Below are positions 55,889 through 64,000 of a stretch of 64,000 nucleotides of DNA, piece by piece. Origin of the DNA: Corallochytrium limacisporum Hawaii (lineage: Eukaryota > Protista > Pluriformea); contig PDIP01000045.1 in assembly GCA_002811645.1 (NCBI GenBank), positions 1 to 64,000 on the forward strand. Reading direction: 5' to 3'. The translations under genes and the position numbers were made by a program. The notes beneath the pieces are model-generated. The model was not told where the DNA came from. It searched no databases and saw only the letters and a list, made by a program, of their open reading frames with translations. Every line of letters starts with the position of its first letter. Position 1 is the stretch's first letter.

Positions 55889-57889
55889 TCATTCTCCACT
55901 GGAACTGTCGTAGATGGACTCATCGGAAGGTCTCGAGACGACGGCGGCCGACTCGGGAGCGGTGTACAGGTCTGCAGAGACAACGTCCTTCTTCTGCAGG
56001 CTGAAGGGGCTTTCCTCCTTCTTGGCTGCAGCCATGACACTCTGGACGTTGGAACCCCAGGCGAGGTCACCATCTTCAAGACGGTTCTCCATAAGCTCAG
56101 GGAATACAGCGAAGATTACAACGCTGCCCAAGATAGCGACGATGACACCAACGCCCAAAATCTGATAGAAGACGGGGAGACCATCGTAGGGGCCAGCGTT
56201 GGCGCGCTCACGGATAGCAATCAAGAGCAACAACCAGACGAAGGCAGGGATCACGAACTTCAGCCAGAAGGACTGAACCTTGGGAATCTTAGTGTTCGAA
56301 TTAGTGTCGTTCTGAGTGATGACCGCATTCATCATGTTACGCAGGTGCTCAGGCTGGTGCCAGGTCAGGGATTCCAACACGCTGCCCCAGGACTTGCCGG
56401 AGTAGGCAGCGCCAAAGCGGCATGCCATCCACGTACCGATGACAAGGATGGGCAAACCAATGGCGAAACCAAGGATGGTAGCGAGGCTACCGAGGTCATT
56501 CCAAGCAACGGTAGCGGCAAGAAGACCAAGACCCACCGAGCCAAAGAAGGCAGCTTCGAAGCTCTTGACAGCCTTGGCACCAACCTCCTCAACAAGCTCG
56601 TCATGCTGGTACATCCAGCAACCCACAATGACCTCCGCAGCACCGAGCAACAGCATAGCGTACTGGTTGATGAAGTGATCAGCAACGTCCAACAGATACG
56701 TACCGACATCGGAAGAATACATGGCGGACAACAAGAACATGACTGCGACAACGATCAATGTTTTGACCTCGTGGCGCTGGCCCTGCAGCAGGCGCATGTC
56801 GTCAAGGGTGGTGATGACAGCCTCAGTGTTAGCGAAGGCGGAGTCGATACCCAGCAGGATCAGAGTTAGGAAGAACAGGGCGCTGAAGAAGTTTGCAGCA
56901 GGTAGCTTTGCCAGAGTAACCGGGAAGGCAACAAAGGCCAGTGATTTGCCACCGCTTGAGACCTCGGAGATCGGGACACCCTCTTGGACAGCAAAGTAAC
57001 CAAGGGTACTGAAGACAGCGAATCCAGCGAAGAAGGAGAAAGCCGAGTTACCAAAGCAGACGATGAGAGAATTCTCAACCACAGGACCACCAGCAGGGTT
57101 GTAGGAACCGTAGGCGATCATGGTAGCATGAGCTAGAGATAGAGAGAAAAAGATCTGGGAGCAAGCACTGGACCACATTTCACCGTTGGACAGCTCGGAC
57201 AAATCCCAGCGGCCAATGTACTCCTTAATGCCTTCCTCGGCACCGTCAAGAGTAGCACCACGGATAACCAGGACGAAAAGAGACATGATGGGAGCCAGCA
57301 CGGTGAAGTAGACGACCTTGCCAGTAACCTTCACCCCCTTCCAGATGGCAAAGTAAATGCAGGCGAAGGTCATGACGTTGGCACCGTACAGAGCAGACAC
57401 CATGATCTCGGTATGACCAGGGTCTTCGGCCTGCATGACGACATCATTGTAGTGGTCCTCAGCATATTGCAGAACGGAGCTGGTAGAGTTGTTGCCCGGA
57501 GCATCAAGCTCTGCGCTGTACCAAGGCAGATCAGCATAGAAGGACTCCACAAAGTAGACCCAAGACCAGTTCATGATAGCGGTGTAGTAGGTGACGATCA
57601 TTCCTGCGCCGAGGGCGAGACCAATACCAACACCGGCACCCCGACGGTGGAGTTTCATCAGAGACAGGGCAGGGCCAGCCTGGGTGCACTGACCCAAAGA
57701 GGCCTCATAGACGAAGAGGGGGATACCGAGAAAGATCAGGGCAAGGATGTATGGAATGAAGAAGGCACCTCCTCCGTACTCGTAGGCCATGAATGGGAAA
57801 CGCCAGACGTTACCAAGACCGATGGCAGAGCCCATCGCGGCCAGAATATACTGCCAGCGGTTATCCCAGTGAGTACGACTTTCAGTCAT
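55889..57889 (-). CDS. Sodium:neurotransmitter symporter (SLC6/NSS) family amino-acid transporter
   Basis: W...YILAAMGSAIGLGNVWRFP...GGGAFFIPY, KGVKVTGKVVYFT, QIFFSLS, LAFVAFP and LGIDSAFA. Confidence 0.95.
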   Translation of the reverse strand: MTESRTHWDNRWQYILAAMGSAIGLGNVWRFPFMAYEYGGGAFFIPYILALIFLGIPLFVYEASLGQCTQAGPALSLMKLHRRGAGVGIGLALGAGMIVTYYTAIMNWSWVYFVESFYADLPWYSAELDAPGNNSTSSVLQYAEDHYNDVVMQAEDPGHTEIMVSALYGANVMTFACIYFAIWKGVKVTGKVVYFTVLAPIMSLFVLVIRGATLDGAEEGIKEYIGRWDLSELSNGEMWSSACSQIFFSLSLAHATMIAYGSYNPAGGPVVENSLIVCFGNSAFSFFAGFAVFSTLGYFAVQEGVPISEVSSGGKSLAFVAFPVTLAKLPAANFFSALFFLTLILLGIDSAFANTEAVITTLDDMRLLQGQRHEVKTLIVVAVMFLLSAMYSSDVGTYLLDVADHFINQYAMLLLGAAEVIVGCWMYQHDELVEEVGAKAVKSFEAAFFGSVGLGLLAATVAWNDLGSLATILGFAIGLPILVIGTWMACRFGAAYSGKSWGSVLESLTWHQPEHLRNMMNAVITQNDTNSNTKIPKVQSFWLKFVIPAFVWLLLLIAIRERANAGPYDGLPVFYQILGVGVIVAILGSVVIFAVFPELMENRLEDGDLAWGSNVQSVMAAAKKEESPFSLQKKDVVSADLYTAPESAAVVSRPSDESIYDSSSGE

Positions 57890-59452
57890 TTTGAACTTGT
57901 TTTTGTCTACGAACGTCTATGGAATCCGAACTATCCACAAACTCTGTGTCTCGGAGCTAAGATCATTCCCTTTGTGACCTCAAGACCAGTCTTTAAATAC
58001 CCCTTCGAGCTACGGTTACCTTCCACGTCTCGGTTCCCAATGACAAAGAGTAATATATCTTGAAAGACCAAGACCACGATCATGGCGAAGGAAAGTAAAT
58101 GTCGTATAAGATGGGCCGAAATCTCTTCATTGAATACTCTTCGCCGATGCAAAAAACTGATACATCTAGCTCTATGCCCGTTAGGGTCCTCGAGATGAAA
58201 ACCCACCTTTCCCCCCTACCCCTTTTCCTTTCCATCCCTTCCTCTCCCAACCCCTTCCCCTCGGCTCACCTTCGAACCCGGCTCGTCCCTAACTTCCACT
58301 GTAGATTAATTGCCACCCCCACCCCCCGGGGAACCCACCAACCCCCACCCAAGATAGCTCGGAGGTGGTTTGGTACAACGTCCGACACCCATGCAGATTC
58401 GTCCCCGGTGTTGTCGTCGAGATGATGATGCTGGGTCGTCCCGGCAGTGCCACGGTGCTTCTGGTGTTTGTTTCGTATACTGTAACTACATACGTCGGCG
58501 TGGGGGCGGACACATCGCACAGCGACTGAGGCGAGGCATATCCGTAATTGGCAAACAAAGTCTGCGTGGCGCAACAAACAGCGCAGATTCAAAGTGCACT
58601 TTGTCAGCCCTGCGATGTATTCGAAAACCGGGATATCACCATCTATGCAGTTCTCAGGCTCGTTGGTAAAGATTTGTCCAGTTCGTCGTTCACAGATGTG
58701 CATACACTGATGATGCCCCTCAGTCTTCTGTATCCCCGGAGAGTGGAAGCCAATCCGAGTGCGGCAGTATTCTACGATCACGTCTAATACAGTCAGATGG
58801 GTGACCCATTTTTAAGTGACCGAGCCCAAGAGGAACAGAAATCAGTGAGAGTTATCAGTTACCAAACAGGCTCAGGAGCAGAACAATCACAGAGATAGTG
58901 GACCGACAAAGAAGGGGGCCGCTCCAGCCCAGCAACTCTAGGATGATAAAGTTCCCACCATGATAAGTCCCATAATGTATGAAGAACCAACCGGAGTTTA
59001 TGTTTACATACGCTACTGTACTCCTACCTCTAGTTTTATCGCGGTATAAAATCGCTACTGTTGGCGGACAGTGGTGCAAGGATTTACAAAGGGGGAAGGA
59101 GGGAGGAGAGTCCGAATGCCGTGGTCAGTATATAAATATGTAAATTTGTTCAAAGAGCGGTTTTTAGCGTGCGCAACCCATTTGGAACACTTCAGACTCA
59201 CGTACGCCGGAGAATACATCATAAAGTCGAACTTCAGCCACATACTAAAGGGCAGAACGTGGTGTTCACAAGGGCGATGATTTGGTGATGGCCAAAATGC
59301 AATACCCTGGTTCGCAGTCCAAGCGCTTTCTGTAGAATAATTGTGAGCAGGTGACGATGGACCGCAGGGAGTATTTCAAGGGGTACAAGCTTGCTGTAAC
59401 AAAAGGAAAGAGTCGACGACAATATGAAACTGCTGCGTCGCGACCTGGACAG

Positions 59453-59494
59453 TTTGGTGGACTACTGGCACACTTTAGTGGACTTCTGGCACAC
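59453..59494. repeat. Short imperfect tandem repeat, 2 x 21 nt
   Basis: tttggtggactactggcacac versus tttagtggacttctggcacac: 19/21 identical. Confidence 0.8.
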
Positions 59495-62400
59495 TCCTTA
59501 CCCGACAAGGTGTTTCTACTGCAAATGACGACATTGCCAGTCCATTCAACTTGCACTTTCTCGCTATCTTGCCAGGAGACCATCACAATAGCAGTAACTA
59601 ACGCCTTCATCAGGCTGTTGATAGATCAATCGACATCCACATCAAGCCCTCCATTCCAATTCCAACTCCCAAAGTAGATGTAGCTGTGTCCGTCCGTCAA
59701 GTCGCTATTCCAGGATACGCGAAACAGTACAGCCTTAAACAGGGTCCGAAGGACATCATTCTCATAAACGAAGGAGGATTTCCGCGACGTCCAAAAATTG
59801 CAAAACGTATGGAGGGTATGCGGTGCACAGCCGTAGTACACAGAACGACGAGACATCATCAACGCGTCGACCGAGAATCAAGCAGTGCGTATGCAGTCAA
59901 TTAATGTGTATCATTCTAGCATAACTTGTCCACTAGCAACGCACGTTGTAGTTTGAACGCATTTGGAAACAAGGCCGCGAGAGTACTTCTCAACCGCTGC
60001 GCACGGTACACCATGCTTGCAGTCGTCACGAATAGGACTGGGAAGGACTACAGAAAGGATGAATGGTGATCGGATTGTCCAAGTCCCAGGAATCTGAAAA
60101 GCCCGGCCCGCGTACCACAGGAGGATATGAAGTGTGTCTTCTCTTCTTTTATCAGCTGGATAACGGGCAGGTGACTGCGTTAAGAAATCATTCAGCCCAT
60201 CACAGGGTAACTCTGAATCCATGCTACCCGGAAATGTAATCGCATAGCTCTGAGCACAAAGATGCCTTAGTTGACAATTCCTCAGCCGACATGTAAGGAA
60301 CACCATCCATGGATCGATAGAATGCGGTTTCAAGTTGTCATACTACACGATGAACATGAGAAAGACCTCCCTGTGCAGAGAGCGAGCAACCTGGTTGTTT
60401 TTGTGTGGATGTCCCCCAGGTGAGACCAAAGGAGAGCTGCGGACGATTGCTGCTAGCGCTGCATGGACACTCACATGCCCTAAATTGAGGTCGAAACTAC
60501 GCTATTGGTTTGATAGTACGACAAACTGTATATGGTTGCACATGCATTCTTGGAAAATTGATGTCAAAGGGCGATATACCCAATGGATGTCTGACATCCC
60601 AACCTCTCCGGGACCAGAGAGCCACGTTACCCCTGCCAGAGCAAGCGTACGTACAAGGGGCCGGCCGAATTGCAACATTTTGGCAGGTGAACGTGCTGTA
60701 GGTGGGCAATACAAACAAGTTCCACCGTAATGGGAACGGGACCCCGTGGTCCCGGTCACAGCGGTCCCAACGCTCTATTTCGCAATACTCGACAGTGAGC
60801 ACTGTGTGTACAAGATAAAGCTTGCGCCCCATACTAACATAGGTCTAAATATGTAACTGCTGCATCAATCGTTTTGGACAAGGAACAACGTATAGTCGAA
60901 AGTGGGCGGTGCTAGAAATCCTGACTCATCTACAGATCTCCTATCATCCTTCATCGCTTCATCGATCAGGACGCTTTTAGGTTTTCCCCTGTCGAGATGC
61001 TTCCAAACGAATTTCCTATACTGACAGCAATGGACCTAGTGACGTGGATTCCTCAGCCAAGTTGTTAATGTCGTAGTCCAAAGGTCTTCCCCCTAGGCCT
61101 AGTTTCACTCTCACTGATGCAGGCTGCATAGAATCCATAAATTGAAGTAGTAAAGAAATAAGGAAGTGACGGAAACTTTTTGCTACCGAAGACCATAAGT
61201 ATGGTGTGCTTGGAGCAGCTCGAGGTACGACTCCTAGTGTCGGTACGCGTCCTCCCAAACGTGGCGAGAACAGACTTGCATCACTTCTCCTCTTTGTGGC
61301 TTCTGCGTGGGCTCGTGGATGGATGGAACTCATGGTAAGTCGCTGCTGAAGAAACTGCAATGTGGTTTGAGTGGGCTCTCGTGAATGAGGTGCCCACTGT
61401 CCCTTCCAGCTGAAGAACCTTCTGTCTGAGACAGCAAACCGATAGGAACTGGCTGGACTTGACATCATCAAAGCAGGCTATTGCCTTTTCCCCTTTGCTT
61501 TCTACTCACCGACTCAGACAATTCACTGTACTACACGTCATGTGGAAGTGGAAAGTTACAGGAGGGGAAGTGGGGTCTATCTGAAGGTTCGTTTGCATGG
61601 TGGCTACCTTTAAGAATAGTTTTGCTTGGACATAGTCTACCTATGAAAATCGGGTGCACCGCGTAAACTGAATGGCAAGTTTTGACGTTGTGCAAGACAC
61701 TCTGGATTTGAACGCACAATGCTCTCACAATTGTGCACCGCCCTCGAACAGAGAGACTTGCTAGCTATTGATGGCTCTGTTGCGCGCCCCGTCATCACCA
61801 ACTGACCCCAGTCTGCCACACCTACTGTGTACCCAAGACCACGAGGATTCCTCGAAAATGTTCGCAGCGGTCAGACACGCGGCAGCGGAAGCGCTATTGG
61901 GGAACAGCTCTCGCAGGTTGCAGGCGCAACTCAACATAAACAATTGGGCGACAGAGGAGGAAGCATTGCTATGTTGGCCAAGGGAGGCACCATTTTGCAA
62001 CTACAATCGTGCCGAAAGTGAAGCGTGCCAGTAGCCCGATGGTGGGTAAGCTCGTGTCAGAATGGGTCGAATGAATGGACTGCTTTCAAGGGAGGACAGC
62101 GATTACCTTTTGGGTTCTAGTGTCCCATGTGTGTGCTGGAAGCGGAGCACCACAGAGGTATTCATTTAAAGGCCGCAGTAATAGTGCTTTGTCCACTCCG
62201 AATTGTTCGCCCCTCTTTTGTAACCCAGTGGGGTTTTAACATAATGTCATCATTCCTTCAAATAATACTTTCTTTCGCACGAGCACCATTCTTGGGTTCC
62301 CTTATCAAAGCCTTGTCACGTTCCAACAAAGGAAATTGAATTGATGTGTTTTGCAACACGAATTAACCAAGTTACACGGATCAATAATATGACGCAAACC

Positions 62401-62693
62401 ATTCCAACGTAATAAGGTTATCAGTTATATTGGTGGGCCCTGCACAGCGTCTAAGCTAGTCCGGTCTGACAGGTGGGTGGTCCAAAAGCCGGTGGCATGA
62501 ACCTGATGCTTATTTACGAGCACCTTTGGTACATAAACTGTGTTAAATCCGCCCAGATCAAACAGGATATCTCACTATTGTTCCCGAATACCATTGCACT
62601 TTAGTTTTAAATATGTAGGAAGTGATGTACGTTTCATTTCGCGACAGTACTTCTGTTCACATGCATATGTGTGAAAATTGGTAGAACAGAATT

Positions 62694-64000
62694 ATGGCCC
62701 GCGGACCGAGCAGTCTTGATGAGGGCACGAGGCTGCTTAAAGCCTTGACAGGTCTTATAAGTCGATCAGCACAATTGAGCTCACAGACTGGGAGTCGACG
62801 GGTTGAGCTCTTCATTCAATTTACACAGAATGATCTTGCACGCCGTTTCGCACAGCAAGGGTCACAATCAAGAGCCCCAGACCAGAACCAGGCTGAAAAT
62901 GTAGCACAGCACTCTGATGCAGTCAGTGACAAGATGCTGCAAACACGCTCTGCGACACCATACAAAACAAGGACTGATCAGGCTCGCGGAGATGAGCAAC
63001 CGCAGCAAGCATCGTCGACTCAGTCAACCGGCCGGCAGGGCTCCAGAGGTGATGAACAGGTTTTAGATGTTGCAGCTAGGGAAGTTGCTGTGCCCAGTGG
63101 ACGGCTGAGTCGGGCGTGGGGCTTTGCAAAGCTGGGAGCTCAAATTATGCGTGATCGCTTGTCAGGGACTCTGTTTACAGTATCGTCATCGGGGCCGGAC
63201 AGCCAGACGGGTGCAGATTCAGGTACAGTGGAAACGCAGGCCGCTGAAGACGGCAAGGCAGTGTCTCCGCAAACGCAAAACCTGAGTCCGGAGAGCATGA
63301 CCTCAATCGTATCAACACTATGTAGAATGCGTGGCGCGGCTTTAAAAATTGGACAAATGCTTAGTATTCAAGACGAAGCCATCATAAGTCCTGAACTGGC
63401 CCGAGTCATGGAGCGTGTAAGGCATTCAGCAGACTACATGCCACCGGCTCAGATGCTACAAATGATCGTTTCACAGCTTGGGGACGAATGGGAATCCCAT
63501 TTTGCGAACTTCAATACCAGACCCCTGGCAGCCGCGTCAATAGGGCAGGTTCATCGGGGCGAGCTCCTAGACGGGACAGCGGTGGCGATGAAAGTGCAGT
63601 ATCCAGGTGTCGCCGAATCAATCCACAGTGACATCAACAATCTGATGAGCCTCATGCGTCTCAGTGGTTTGCTTCCGAAGGGTATGTATCTCGAGAACAC
63701 AATCAAGGCTGCTAAGACAGAGTTATCCTATGAGACTGACTATCGCAACGAGGCGCAGAGCATGCAGACCTATGGTCACTTGATCAAACGCGATGGTGTT
63801 CAGGGCTTTCAGGTACCAGAAGTGATCTCAGCACTGTCTGCGGCGAAGGTGTTCACGACGAGTTACGCTCGTGGAGTGCCCTTGGATCGCCTGGAGAAGC
63901 TTGATCAGACAACCAGGAACTGCATTGCGGAGCGCATGCTCCGCTTGACCATGTACGAAATCTTTGTTTGGCGCTACATGCAGACCGATCCCAACTGGTC
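62694..64000 (+). CDS. COQ8: COQ8/ADCK3-4 (UbiB family) atypical kinase, 3' end outside the window
   Basis: Open from ATG 62694 to the window end: VPSGRLSR, LCRMRGAALKIGQMLSIQD (KxGQ), AAASIGQVH, VAMKVQYPGV and MQTDPNW. Absent from the ORF track because there is no stop codon in the window. Confidence 0.95.
   Translation, partial: MARGPSSLDEGTRLLKALTGLISRSAQLSSQTGSRRVELFIQFTQNDLARRFAQQGSQSRAPDQNQAENVAQHSDAVSDKMLQTRSATPYKTRTDQARGDEQPQQASSTQSTGRQGSRGDEQVLDVAAREVAVPSGRLSRAWGFAKLGAQIMRDRLSGTLFTVSSSGPDSQTGADSGTVETQAAEDGKAVSPQTQNLSPESMTSIVSTLCRMRGAALKIGQMLSIQDEAIISPELARVMERVRHSADYMPPAQMLQMIVSQLGDEWESHFANFNTRPLAAASIGQVHRGELLDGTAVAMKVQYPGVAESIHSDINNLMSLMRLSGLLPKGMYLENTIKAAKTELSYETDYRNEAQSMQTYGHLIKRDGVQGFQVPEVISALSAAKVFTTSYARGVPLDRLEKLDQTTRNCIAERMLRLTMYEIFVWRYMQTDPNW

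Noticed and set aside
59266-59862. Two in-frame minus-strand ORFs separated by a single TGA (selenocysteine or readthrough?)
   Set aside because: No redox motif, no SECIS-like element seen and no family similarity.

Overview
Eukaryotic nuclear DNA from a compact, very intron-poor genome. The gene set (parvin, FIBP, TBC1D16-like, DAP1, forkhead TF, yeast/bacterial-type transketolase, ATP synthase subunit e with a fungal-like C-terminal extension) points to a unicellular opisthokont, most likely a holozoan. Corallochytrium-like is my best guess, by inference only. About 21 protein-coding genes are present. The long ones are single-exon: Fox TF, Cyp40, TBC1D16-like, FIBP, Arp1, IPUT1-like GT8, AK6, Fis1, p150Glued, transketolase, parvin, an unknown 931-aa protein, AlaX, FTase-beta, CAP-H, a TMEM205-like protein, an SLC6 transporter and a partial COQ8. 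Three small spliced genes missed by the ORF track were reconstructed by hand: a DAP1/DAPL1-family protein (candidate ribosome-dormancy factor), a MORN5-like protein and ATP synthase subunit e. The most unusual element is a ~300-nt intergenic segment (48168-48476, +) that folds by hand into a G.U-containing structure with RNase P/MRP-like helix order but non-canonical catalytic-core motifs. Other features are three gene-free stretches (~10, ~8 and ~5 kb), three assembly gaps flanked by G/C runs, and recurrent CnGn palindromes. No tRNA, rRNA, spliceosomal snRNA, CRISPR array or recognisable transposon was seen. All family assignments come from motif recognition by eye, not database searches.
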